Part shown: piece after piece, positions 27,105 through 36,382 of the stretch
How positions within the stretch are numbered: the stretch's first letter is position 1
Layout of the letters: every line of letters begins with the position of its first letter
NCBI GenBank assembly: GCA_038525585.1
Contig: JBCBHM010000007.1
Location: forward strand, 13,945-77,944
Origin: Pseudomonadota bacterium
GTDB lineage: Bacteria > Pseudomonadota > Alphaproteobacteria > Rhodobacterales > Rhodobacteraceae
Direction: 5' to 3'
Length of the DNA: 64,000 bases
Program-made: the position numbers and the translations under genes
The notes under the pieces: generated by a model
Seen by the model: only the letters and a program-made list of their open reading frames with translations
Told to the model about the DNA's origin: nothing
The model's database searches: none

Positions 27105-28256
27105 CTAAAAGGGCCCCGCCGAAAACACCGGCGGTTTTTCCCCCGACGCAAACGCATCCACACAGGCCTGGCCCAGATCCAGCGCTTCGCGGATGGTCAC
27201 GTCCATATCCAGGTACCGATAGGTGCCAAGGCGTCCGGCAAAGCTGACACCCTGCAGCTCTTTGGCCCGGGTCACGTAGTCTTGCAGCAGCGCTTTTTCC
27301 TCGACCAGTCGGATCGGGTAGTAGGGAATGTCGTCCGGGCCCGCCAACCGCGAGGTTTCGCGGTAACATGTGGTGCGTTCGTGCGTCTCCCAGGGGGCGA
27401 AGTGTTTGTGTTCGGTGATCCGCGTGTGCGCCACGTCCGCGTCTCCGTAATTCATCACTGGCGTGCCTTGGTAATCCCCCTCCGCCGTGAACCGCTCGAA
27501 ATCCAACGTCCGGTAGCCCAGCCGGCCCAAATCATGCCCAAAATAGGCGTCGAGCGGACCGGTATAGATCACATGATCCCCACGGTGCACATCCGGATCA
27601 TAGCGCGTGTTGAGCGTCACCTCGATGCCTGGATGATCTAGAATCGCGGCGACTAACGCGGTGTACCCATCACGGGGAATACCTTGATGGGGGTGGTCAA
27701 AATAGCTGTCGTCATAAGAAAACCGCAGCGGCAGGCGTTTGAGGATTGCCGCGGGCAGCGCGCTGGGGTGCACGCCCCATTGCTTTTGCGTGTAGCCCTT
27801 GAAGAATGCCTCGTAGAGCTCAGGGCCCACAAAGGCTAAGGCTTGCTCTTCAAAGCTTTGCGGGTCTTCGATGTTTTGATCGGCGCGGGCGGCGACAAAA
27901 GCGCGGGCCTCGTCCGGACCCATGGCCGTGCCGAAGAACTGGTTGATCAGCATCAGGTTCATGGGCAAGCCATAGACGCGACCGCCTACTGTGGTCTGCA
28001 CCCGGTGGCGGTAGGGTTCAAATCCCCCGAAACGGGTTACATACTCCCAGACTTCATCATCCCCGGTGTGAAAGATATGTGGCCCGTAGACATGGACCAT
28101 GACGCCGGTTTCAGGGTCGCGGGCGGTGTGGCAATTGCCTGCCACATGGTTGCGGCTTTCCAAGATGCTGACGCGGTGCCCGGCCTCGGCCAGCGAGCGA
28201 CCGGTCACAGCGCCTGAAAATCCTGCGCCGACTATAAGGACATGCCGCGCGCCCAT
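27105..28256 (-). CDS. glf: UDP-galactopyranose mutase
   Basis: 383 aa. FAD motif VLIVGAGFSGAV, then ESRNHVAGNCHT...VHVYGPHIFHT, which is characteristic of Glf. Confidence 0.9.
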   Translation of the reverse strand: MGARHVLIVGAGFSGAVTGRSLAEAGHRVSILESRNHVAGNCHTARDPETGVMVHVYGPHIFHTGDDEVWEYVTRFGGFEPYRHRVQTTVGGRVYGLPMNLMLINQFFGTAMGPDEARAFVAARADQNIEDPQSFEEQALAFVGPELYEAFFKGYTQKQWGVHPSALPAAILKRLPLRFSYDDSYFDHPHQGIPRDGYTALVAAILDHPGIEVTLNTRYDPDVHRGDHVIYTGPLDAYFGHDLGRLGYRTLDFERFTAEGDYQGTPVMNYGDADVAHTRITEHKHFAPWETHERTTCYRETSRLAGPDDIPYYPIRLVEEKALLQDYVTRAKELQGVSFAGRLGTYRYLDMDVTIREALDLGQACVDAFASGEKPPVFSAGPF

Positions 28257-29216
28257 TCAGCGGTCCGCATAGTAGCGATAGGTTTCGGCGATGGCTTGGG
28301 CAAAAGGGGTGATCATGTCACCCAGCAGGACGCGCACATCCTGCGGGTTGGCGATAACATCGCGCGGCTCGGTTGCCAAAAGATCTTTGGCGGGGATCTT
28401 GTCATAGGCAAGGGGTTTGCCGGTTGCGACCTCAATGGCCGCGACCACATCCATCAGCGTGGTGGAAGCGCCTGCGCCAAGCATGTTGACCGGGAGGGTG
28501 TCCTTCCCACTTTGCAGCCGGGCGGCCAATGTGGCAATCCCGCGGCCCACATCGCCGGCATAGATGAAATCGCGGCTTTGCTGACCATCGCCATTGATGG
28601 TCACCCGGTCGTCGGCAATGGCGGCACGGACAAAGGCGTGGATGGCGCTTTTCTTGTTGTCGGAAAACCGGCCAAAGACATTGGTCAGCCGCACCACACG
28701 GAATGTGCCACCGCGCAGCCCCACCAGCTTTTCCAGGATCATTTCCTCGGCCGCCTTGGTGGCCCCATAGAAGTTCTTGGGGCAATAAGAGCTATCCACA
28801 CGCACCTCAAAGGTGCCGTCAAAAAGCGCGCCTGCGGTGGACACGAGGATAAAGGCATCCCTCGGCTGCACTGCCTGCATGACAAAGCGGGAGGGGGCGG
28901 TGATATTGGCCTCGATGAAATCGAGCGGGCGGTCCTTCGATTCCGCTACCCGCGTCTCGCCGGCCAGAAACACAAAGACGCGTCCCCCCTCGGGAACCTC
29001 TTGCCCGGCGAGAAAGTCAAACGCCCCCGCATCGTCGTAGTTGCCGATGAAATTTGGCAGGCCGAGGGTGTCGTGTCCGGGCGCGGGGTTTGATAGGTTG
29101 TCGATCACCACGGGCGCCAACTGCGCCAGATCAGGCTCTTTGGCCACCGCCTCGAGGATATTGCGGCCAACAAAGCCGTATCCGCCAATGAGGGCCAGAA
29201 GGGATGCGTTTTTCAT
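28257..29216 (-). CDS. NAD-dependent sugar epimerase/dehydratase (extended SDR)
   Basis: Rossmann motif ALIGGYGFVGRN and catalytic YGATKAAEE (YxxxK). ATG at 29216. Its stop directly abuts the glf start. Confidence 0.75.
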   Translation of the reverse strand: MKNASLLALIGGYGFVGRNILEAVAKEPDLAQLAPVVIDNLSNPAPGHDTLGLPNFIGNYDDAGAFDFLAGQEVPEGGRVFVFLAGETRVAESKDRPLDFIEANITAPSRFVMQAVQPRDAFILVSTAGALFDGTFEVRVDSSYCPKNFYGATKAAEEMILEKLVGLRGGTFRVVRLTNVFGRFSDNKKSAIHAFVRAAIADDRVTINGDGQQSRDFIYAGDVGRGIATLAARLQSGKDTLPVNMLGAGASTTLMDVVAAIEVATGKPLAYDKIPAKDLLATEPRDVIANPQDVRVLLGDMITPFAQAIAETYRYYADR

Positions 29217-29304
29217 TGTCAATTCCAGAAAGAGAGGTTGGGGCCGCTATGACGGACGCGGCGAAGTCAGATGCGTGTGGACGGGCCGGGAGACCTCGGT
29301 TCGG

Positions 29305-30072
29305 CTATGACAGATCGCGTATGACAAGGCCGATCCCCATCCAGCGTTTTGGATTATGCGCGAATTCATACACATAATTGTCAAGCAGCGCGGTTCCCTT
29401 GACCTCTTCCCAAAGTCTGACTGTCCCACCATCATGCTTGTCATATTCATGTGCATGTATGTCGTGGAACCCATATGCGACGCGTGCGTGACGTCCGAGA
29501 TTGAGGTAGTCCTTTTTCGCCCCCATAAACGAGTGATCCCCGTCAATGAAAACATAGTCAAAAACCTGGCCTGCAAAGTCATCTGATGTTGCTGGCGCAG
29601 CTTTGATCAGGTTCAGGCGTTTGGCGAAGCGATCAAAGGCCACAAGGCGGTCCTGAATATCGATCATCGTGTAGGTCAGCCCCGGATTGGCGCGGGTCAG
29701 AATGGCGGCGGCCAAATAGGACGATCCGCCCCAAAACACACCGATCTCGGCGGCAGTCTGAAGCTTTAGCCTCGACAAGGTCATCAGATAATCCGTGAAT
29801 TCAGTAGGGATTTGCTGATGCCCGAATTTGGATGAGTTCATGTTGTCAGACCATCGCGCCCATGGCCGCCAGGGCATCCTGCACAGGCCAAATTCCAAAA
29901 CTTTTGACAGGATGAAACGGCGTGATGCAAACGCCTGGTCGCTGGCGGCGAGGATATCATCAACCACCTTCAGGGCCTTATCAACGTCTTTGGCGATCAG
30001 ACCTTCTTCCTGTTGTGCCGTTGTGTCGGTCAATTTACGGGCCACCTTTCTGACAGTGCTTTTGAGACGCAT
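29305..30072 (-). CDS. Class I SAM-dependent methyltransferase (sugar O-methyltransferase-like)
   Basis: AAEIGVFWGGSSYLAA is a motif-I-like sequence, and VFDYVFIDGDHSFMGAKKDY is typical of Methyltransf_24 / TylF-like enzymes. Confidence 0.6.
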   Translation of the reverse strand: MRLKSTVRKVARKLTDTTAQQEEGLIAKDVDKALKVVDDILAASDQAFASRRFILSKVLEFGLCRMPWRPWARWSDNMNSSKFGHQQIPTEFTDYLMTLSRLKLQTAAEIGVFWGGSSYLAAAILTRANPGLTYTMIDIQDRLVAFDRFAKRLNLIKAAPATSDDFAGQVFDYVFIDGDHSFMGAKKDYLNLGRHARVAYGFHDIHAHEYDKHDGGTVRLWEEVKGTALLDNYVYEFAHNPKRWMGIGLVIRDLS

Positions 30073-30229
30073 TGAGGGGGTTCCTTAAACAGGTATGCTA
30101 CTTCCCTAAAGCGGCTATGACTGGTGTCAATCTACTAGTGCCGTGCGGATCTGGCCGAATTGCGCTGACACGGACCTTTCTCTAGAACCACAAAACAAGA
30201 AGAATCGGGCAGTGTGAACCAAGCGTAGA

Positions 30230-32839
30230 ATGACATCCCCCACAGATCTTTCGGTTGTTGTCACCGTTCATTCCGAGACATGTGTGGCGGGCCCCACCAT
30301 GCGCGCCGCTGACACGGCGATCGCGCAGGCGGAGGCGGCGGGACTGTCTGTCGAGCGGATGATTGCCTATGACAATCCCACGGCACGCGCGCGGACCTAT
30401 TTTGACCAGTCCGCCCTTGATCACTGGGACAGGCGGGATGTGAATGGCGGCGATCTGGGCCCCACGCGCAACGCCGTAGTCGCTGAACATGCCAAAGGCG
30501 CGGCCATTGCCTTTCTGGATGCGGATGATTTGTTTTCGCCGCATTGGCTGAGCCGTGGCATGGCGCGGTTGCGCGCGGCCGAGGCAGAGGGCCTGCGGCC
30601 TATCGTTCATCCGGAGGTGAATTGGCTCTTTGACGGGGCGGGTGCGGTCTATTGGAACCCGGATCAGGATGACCCGCTTTTTTCGCCACAGTATTTTTAC
30701 GTGTCGAACTACTATGACAGTCTGTGTCTGGCCCCCCGCGCGGCCCATCTGGAACACCCTTATGTGACCCGCGACATTGCGCGGGGCCTTTCCTTTCAGG
30801 ACTGGCAATTTGCGATTGAGACGATGGCGGCTGGCTGGCAGCATGTGTCGGCGCCCGGCACCATCATCTTCAAACGCCGCCGGGATGCTTCGCTGGTGAC
30901 TGAAAGTCGGGGACGGCAGGCCATCGTGCGCGACATGCGCGCGATGCGCATCGACCGGGTGGCGGACCTGGGGCGCACTGATGCTGCGTCTGCGCCTGCC
31001 GCACCGCCCCGTTTTGATGTTTCCATCGCAGCGTTGGCCGGTCTCAACGCCCGGGCCAGGACAGAAACCCCGCATTGGGGCACAGTCTTTCAGTCGCGTG
31101 TCCAGCGGGCCGAAGCGCGGCGCGCCATCACGCGCAACGCTTTGGCTGAGATGCCAAAGCGATTGGCCGCTTACGAGGCTGTGGCGAAGGTCTTTGACAC
31201 CGCTTTTTATCTGGCGGCCAATTCCGATGTCGCCGAACACGAAGATGTGGACCCGCTCCGTCACTACCTGCGTAGCGGACATAAGGAAGATCGCGAGCCG
31301 TCCCCGCTTCTGGGCACGCTCGCTTTGGCGCAACGATTGGCCGCGCCGGAGGGCAAGCCCGATACGGCCAGCGCCGTTTCCGATTGGCTGGGGCTTGATC
31401 CCGCGTCCCGGCCGCTGGCCTTTCCCTTTACACGCGGCGAGTCGCTGGCAAAGTGTATAGGCTCCGATCCGGCGCGACTGCAGGATCAGTGGGCAGCGCG
31501 TCATGTGGACTTGCGCGCGCGGCTTATGTTTGGGGATTTGGGGCAGGAAGTGGCTCTCACCGCTCAAACAGAGCCGCTTGTGACCCAAGGTTGGGCCGAG
31601 GCGTTGCAGATCAAGATCCCGGCGCTGCACAGCGAAATGTTTGTCACACGGCAAGCGGTTCTCGCCGATTTGCAGCGCGCCGCCGGGGGACGGCCCGCGC
31701 GCGCAGTGGTGCTCGTCAACCGCCCCCGCTTTGGCGGTGCGCGCAGAATGGAGGGACAGCTTGGCCACGCCCTGGCGGCTCGTTATGGCGCGGAAAACGT
31801 AGTTGTTGTCAGCACTGACAAACCCGGGAACATGCCGCCGGGCAAATTCCCGCCGGGCGTGCGTCATGTGGATCTGGCGGCGCTCACCATGCATGTACGC
31901 CCCCATATCCGGCTGCGCCTGATGGTGCTTTTTTTGCGCTCTCTGGGGCCGGAGGTCATCTTTAACGTCAACAGCCGCCGTTTCTGGGAAGCGATGGAGC
32001 CGTACGGGCAGGCGCTGGCCGTTTCATCTCATCTGGTGGGGTGCTTTTTATGTAATGAGCAGACAGTGCTGGGCCAGTGGACGGGCTACCCCTTGCGCCG
32101 CTTTTATCGCCATTTCGACGTTTTGGCCGCCGTCTGCACGGACAGTATTGCTTTGGCGTCTGAGTTGCGTTCGAGCTATATGTTGCCCGAAGGCGACCAG
32201 GACCGGGTGCAGGTCTTGGCCGCACCTGTGCGCGGTGACATCGCCTTGGCCCCCGCCCCGCGACACCCCCTTTTGGCCAGGCCGCGGCGGCAGGTTTTTT
32301 GGGCGGGCCGGATGGATCCGCAAAAGCGGGTTGATCTGGCATTGGAGGTGGCGCGCTTGATGCCGGACGTGCGGCTCCGTATGTGGGGAGACGTAGTGTC
32401 GGGCAGTGCGTTGGCTTGGCCAGACTTGCCCGAAAACGTGACCCTCGAAGGGGTCTATACTGACTTTGCCGAGCTGCCTTTGCACGAGGCGGATGCCTGG
32501 CTTTACACTTCGGGTTGGGATGGGGTGCCGCAGGTGCTTTTGGAAGTGGCCATGGCGGGCTTGCCGGTTGTGGCCAGTGACGTGGGTGGTGTAGCCGAGG
32601 CGTTGTGCCCTGATGGGGTTGATGCCGCGACTGCCCTGATGCCCCCGGAGGCAGGGCCAGAGGCCTATGCGGCAGCCTTGCGGGCGCTGTTTAAATCGGC
32701 CAAACCCGCCCGTCAGGCTGCGGCTGCCCGCCGCGCTCATCTGCTGGAGACCCGCACCGAGGCGGGGTATCACGCCGCAGTGGACCGGGTGCTAGATCGG
32801 CTTTGCCCGCAGCACAAAAGAGGCGGCGTGTATGGCTGA
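30230..32839 (+). CDS. Bifunctional glycosyltransferase: N-terminal GT2 domain fused to a C-terminal GT4-like domain (869 aa)
   Basis: Residues 1-250 (LSVVVTVHSE...AFLDADDLF) parallel 10580-11347. Residues about 330-869 (FDTAFYLAANSDVAEHEDVDPLRHY, VVLVNRPRFGGARRMEG, QVFWAGRMDPQKRVD, SGWDGVPQVLLEVAMAGLPVV) parallel 11344-13386. Confidence 0.8.
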   Translation: MTSPTDLSVVVTVHSETCVAGPTMRAADTAIAQAEAAGLSVERMIAYDNPTARARTYFDQSALDHWDRRDVNGGDLGPTRNAVVAEHAKGAAIAFLDADDLFSPHWLSRGMARLRAAEAEGLRPIVHPEVNWLFDGAGAVYWNPDQDDPLFSPQYFYVSNYYDSLCLAPRAAHLEHPYVTRDIARGLSFQDWQFAIETMAAGWQHVSAPGTIIFKRRRDASLVTESRGRQAIVRDMRAMRIDRVADLGRTDAASAPAAPPRFDVSIAALAGLNARARTETPHWGTVFQSRVQRAEARRAITRNALAEMPKRLAAYEAVAKVFDTAFYLAANSDVAEHEDVDPLRHYLRSGHKEDREPSPLLGTLALAQRLAAPEGKPDTASAVSDWLGLDPASRPLAFPFTRGESLAKCIGSDPARLQDQWAARHVDLRARLMFGDLGQEVALTAQTEPLVTQGWAEALQIKIPALHSEMFVTRQAVLADLQRAAGGRPARAVVLVNRPRFGGARRMEGQLGHALAARYGAENVVVVSTDKPGNMPPGKFPPGVRHVDLAALTMHVRPHIRLRLMVLFLRSLGPEVIFNVNSRRFWEAMEPYGQALAVSSHLVGCFLCNEQTVLGQWTGYPLRRFYRHFDVLAAVCTDSIALASELRSSYMLPEGDQDRVQVLAAPVRGDIALAPAPRHPLLARPRRQVFWAGRMDPQKRVDLALEVARLMPDVRLRMWGDVVSGSALAWPDLPENVTLEGVYTDFAELPLHEADAWLYTSGWDGVPQVLLEVAMAGLPVVASDVGGVAEALCPDGVDAATALMPPEAGPEAYAAALRALFKSAKPARQAAAARRAHLLETRTEAGYHAAVDRVLDRLCPQHKRGGVYG

Positions 32840-33770
32840 GATCATGCCTGATTTTGTTGTGGTGGGGCAGGGCAAGGCGGGCACGTCATTGCTTTATCGT
32901 CAGTTGCGGAAGGTGTCCGGAGTGGGTCTGTCCCACCCCAAGGAATTGCACTTTTTCAGCGCCAAGAATGCTGAGCCCGTTGCCTGGTACAAAGACCGGT
33001 TTGCCCATCTGGCTGATCAGGATGTGACGCGCGTGGGCGAGGTCTCTCCATCTTATCTCAAGCCGGGGGTCGCGCAAAAAATAGCGAACCTTCTGGGGCG
33101 CGACATCCAGATCATATTCATTCTGCGCCATCCGGTCGAACAGGCCTATTCCCGTTACCTGCAAAACATCTGCGCCACCCAGAAAGGTGATACGTTTGCC
33201 CCGATCATGGAGCGTGCATCCGTGCGTTTGAACACCTTCTTTTCTGCCATTGCGGAGTATTATGAGATTTTCGGACCGGACCGTATCCTGCCGCTTGTCT
33301 TTGAACGCGATGTGGCGGTGCCGGGCGAGATCTATCTGCAGCGGGTACTGGCGTTTGTCGGAATGGGCGATGTGATGCCCGCCTTGCCAACGCGCGAGGT
33401 GAATTCTGGGGTCATGCCGCGCTATCTTTATAGCGGGTCCAATCCGCTTCACCTTACGGCGGCGGGTGCCCGGTATACGGTGCCGCCCGAGACGCTTGTC
33501 TTTTGCGCCCAGGAGCGCAACAGCGCGGTGGTGACCGAGCCTAGGAAACAGGACGCGCTGCGCGCCTTTCGCAATCAGAGCGCCTGGACCACCGACGTGA
33601 CCATGCAAGAATATACCCGGTGGCACGCGGCGCATGTGCGCCCCTTTGCTGCGCGGCTTGAGACGGCGTTTGGGCTGGACCTGTCGGTCTGGGAAGGGCG
33701 CGCGCGGGATCTGTCCTATCCTCTTGCCCCGCCGCCCAAGGCCCTGCTGTCCCCGGGTCAGCCATCGTGA
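32832..33770 (+). CDS. Sulfotransferase (PAPS-dependent, Sulfotransfer_1/3-like)
   Basis: 5'-PSB loop DFVVVGQGKAGTSLLY and 3'-PB-like FILRHPVEQAYSRY. 8-nt overlap with the upstream transferase gene. Confidence 0.75.
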   Translation: MAEIMPDFVVVGQGKAGTSLLYRQLRKVSGVGLSHPKELHFFSAKNAEPVAWYKDRFAHLADQDVTRVGEVSPSYLKPGVAQKIANLLGRDIQIIFILRHPVEQAYSRYLQNICATQKGDTFAPIMERASVRLNTFFSAIAEYYEIFGPDRILPLVFERDVAVPGEIYLQRVLAFVGMGDVMPALPTREVNSGVMPRYLYSGSNPLHLTAAGARYTVPPETLVFCAQERNSAVVTEPRKQDALRAFRNQSAWTTDVTMQEYTRWHAAHVRPFAARLETAFGLDLSVWEGRARDLSYPLAPPPKALLSPGQPS

Positions 33771-34453
33771 GCCGGCTCACGCCAATGCCTGCCGCCCGGT
33801 TCTTGCGTTCCTTGCATATCTGCCGGCGTCACAATGTGGCCTATGTGAACAATGCCAAAGTGGCCTGTTCCTCAATCAAGCTGGCGTTGCAGCGTGCGCA
33901 AACCGGCGATCCGACTTATCAGCCGCCTTTGGGCGTGCATGACTGGAAAAGCTCGCCCCTGATCACGGCCCGCGACTTGACGCAAGAGAACTGGGCAGAT
34001 GCGCTGAAGGGCTGTTTTGTCTTCAGCTTCGTACGCTCGCCCTGGGCGCGGCTGCGCTCGGCCTATCTCAACAAGATCGTGACGGGCCAAAAACAAGGGG
34101 GATTTCGCACCCAGCTCGGGTTTGATGCTGATACGTTGCCCAGTTTCGAGGCATTCGTGTATGCGCTTGGATGGCAGGATCCGGCGGGCATGAACGCTCA
34201 TTGGCGACCGCAGTGGATCAACATCTCGCATGACGTGATACATTTTGATTTCGTTGGCCGATTGGAAGAGGTGCAAGAGGATTGGGCGCATGTGGCAGCG
34301 CTCACCGGGCTCGATCCCGTGCTCCCTCGTGCCGGCAAGCGCACCGGCTGGCATCCCGACGCATTGCCGTTCGATGCAGCCATGGCGGATGTGGTGCATA
34401 GAATTTATGCTGAGGACTTTGCGCGCTTCGATTACCCACTCACCCCCTCTTGA
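33767..34453 (+). CDS. Sulfotransferase family 2 protein
   Basis: YVNNAKVACSSIKLAL and FSFVRSPWARLRSAYLNKI match the two PAPS-binding blocks of Sulfotransfer_2. GTGA overlap with the previous gene; an alternative ATG is at 33785. Confidence 0.7.
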   Translation: MSRLTPMPAARFLRSLHICRRHNVAYVNNAKVACSSIKLALQRAQTGDPTYQPPLGVHDWKSSPLITARDLTQENWADALKGCFVFSFVRSPWARLRSAYLNKIVTGQKQGGFRTQLGFDADTLPSFEAFVYALGWQDPAGMNAHWRPQWINISHDVIHFDFVGRLEEVQEDWAHVAALTGLDPVLPRAGKRTGWHPDALPFDAAMADVVHRIYAEDFARFDYPLTPS

Positions 34454-34702
34454 CCCTGTGGGACTTCGAGGAGGTGCCATACCGTAACCACTTTGCCATG
34501 CCCTTACTGCTCTCGGGACGACTTTGGCATGTCGTTGCGTGGGTTCGGGCGCTCTCTAGCCAACGGTCACCCCGTCCACCCTGCCGGAATTTTTGAACAA
34601 CATCGTATGGGCTCGACCACCCCAGTTCGGTCGGATTTCTTCGACCACCCAACCTGCGCTTTTTGCCATGCCGACGAGGGCTGTTTCGGTAAACAACCAC
34701 CA

Positions 34703-35307
34703 TCAGGGAGTGTAGTCGGTATCGTCGAACTTATAGGGTTTGTTGATCCCCCAGATCGGCGAGCGATTCTTGCGTGCATAATGTTCGGTAAAGACCGCCT
34801 TTTGCATATCCGTCATGGTCGGTATAAAAATCACCTCTCCACCGGTCAGCTCGAGAACCCCGGCACTGTTTTGGATTTTGTGGGGGATACTGGCTGTTGT
34901 CATGATACAATGTTCACGGGTAACGGAGCGGAGGGCTTGCAGATATTGAATGGGGTTCGGGCAGTGATAGAGAATGCCCGAGCTGTGCGTCACATCAAAA
35001 GCTTGGCACTTAGAATGCATGATATCTACGGACAGGGCACGGTAATTTTCGATCCCTTTTCGGCCATGCGTTTGCGAAATTCGCCCCACCATTTGTTCAA
35101 TGGGAGCGGGATGTCGATCATCGTGACCGATTTGCGGCCGTACCTATGGGCTGTGCTGACACGTTCTTCTTTTGCGCTCTAGAGCTCGCCAATTTCGGCA
35201 AAGGATTAATCTTTAACCAAAGCTTGGAAATGCTCGTCGCGCGTATCTTTTTGGATTGTCATTTTGTAAAAAGCCCCGGCCAAAATCCGTCTCAATTCGT
35301 CCTCCAT
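34703..35307 (-). pseudogene. Class I SAM methyltransferase pseudogene (frameshifted, internal stops), lower GC
   Basis: ORF 34703-35092 carries FDVTHSSGILYHCPNPIQYLQALR. The expected upstream motif I (GRKSVTMIDI) lies in a different frame. A further upstream piece starting at ATG 35307 (MEDELRRILAGAFYK...) ends in TAA. Confidence 0.45.
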
Positions 35308-35388
35308 GTGTTTCACTGGGGCGGAGACGAAGTCAAGCGGATAGCCAGACCCGGACTTGCGTGTGTCCACCTGAGTCGCCTGGCCTGA

Positions 35389-36144
35389 TTATGCCTTGCG
35401 CCGCACGAGTTTGCCGTTCTCAAAGTGGATACCGCATTCGATCTTTTCGGTGTCGGCCCAGCGGCCCGCACGGGCGTCTTCACCCGGGTTGACGGCGCGC
35501 GTGCAGGGCGCGCAACCTACCGACAGATAACCGCGTGCCTTCAGGGGATGTTCGGGCAGACCATGGTCCCGGTAATGGGCCTCAACATCTTCGGTGCTCC
35601 AGTCCAGCAACGGGTTAAGTTTCAGCCAGCGGTCCTGGCTTTCAAATAGGGTCATGTCCGCACGCGTAGCCGCTTGGCCGCGCTTGCGGCCCGTGATCCA
35701 ACAATCAAGCCCGCGCAGGGCTTTGAGCATGGGAATAGTCTTGCGCACATGACAGCACAGATCGGGGTTGCGCGCGTGCAGCGTGCCATCGCCATCATCT
35801 GCGGCCACCGCATCTGACCGGGGGCGCACCAGCTGGATGTTGCATAGACCCAGTTCGGCAATCAGCTGGTCACGGTAGGCAAGCGTTTCGGGAAAATGTT
35901 TCCAGGTATCGAGAAAGATGACTGGGACATACGGGTCAATACGCGCCACCATATGGAGCGTCACCGCCGCCTCGGTACCAAAGGACGACACCAGCCCGAT
36001 GCGCCCTGAAAAGTGTTTGCGAATAGCCTGGTCCAGCACCTCTTGGGCGCTCCGCCCGGCAAATTGATCGTTTAGGTCTGCGGCGCGGGCACGCAAATTG
36101 CTTCTTTGGCTGGTTTCCAATGCCTGCTGTTGCGGATCCATCAT
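35389..36144 (-). CDS. cysH: Assimilatory APS/PAPS reductase, Fe-S cluster type
   Basis: LVSSFGTEAAV is a PP-loop-like sequence. The Cys pair NPDLCCHVRK plus SVGCAPCT (CC...CxxC) is diagnostic of the 4Fe-4S class. The catalytic C-terminal motif is ECGIH. Start at MMDPQQ (36144); the 395-aa track ORF overruns into sqdB. Confidence 0.85.
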   Translation of the reverse strand: MMDPQQQALETSQRSNLRARAADLNDQFAGRSAQEVLDQAIRKHFSGRIGLVSSFGTEAAVTLHMVARIDPYVPVIFLDTWKHFPETLAYRDQLIAELGLCNIQLVRPRSDAVAADDGDGTLHARNPDLCCHVRKTIPMLKALRGLDCWITGRKRGQAATRADMTLFESQDRWLKLNPLLDWSTEDVEAHYRDHGLPEHPLKARGYLSVGCAPCTRAVNPGEDARAGRWADTEKIECGIHFENGKLVRRKA

Positions 36145-36344
36145 ACAGGTCCTTTGCGTCAATGCCTGACGATACCATGCGGCCCACAGCGCTGGCCAGC
36201 ACCAGTCTGGTTTTGACCGATGACATAAGGTGAAGCGCCTATACTTTTTGCAAATTGCGGGTGGCCATGGCCCATGGGTCTGGTCCCGTTGGGATGTATT
36301 TTCGTTCAGGCCCGAGCCCGACCGGTTTACAGGGACATCTGTGG

Positions 36345-36376
36345 GACGGCGGGCAGCCAGAGTGCTGCCTGCCGTC
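36345..36376 (-). terminator. GC-rich hairpin just downstream of the sqdB stop (no clear U-tract)
   Basis: gacggcgggcagc cagagt gctgcctgccgtc, a 13-bp stem with one mismatch. Confidence 0.3.
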
Positions 36377-36382
36377 TGGCCC

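Noticed and set aside
30182-31906. 574-aa ORF on the minus strand
   Set aside because: It lies entirely antisense to the well-supported fused GT2-GT4 gene. The composition is Arg/Gly/Pro-rich, as is typical of shadow ORFs in high-GC DNA, and no recognisable motif is present.
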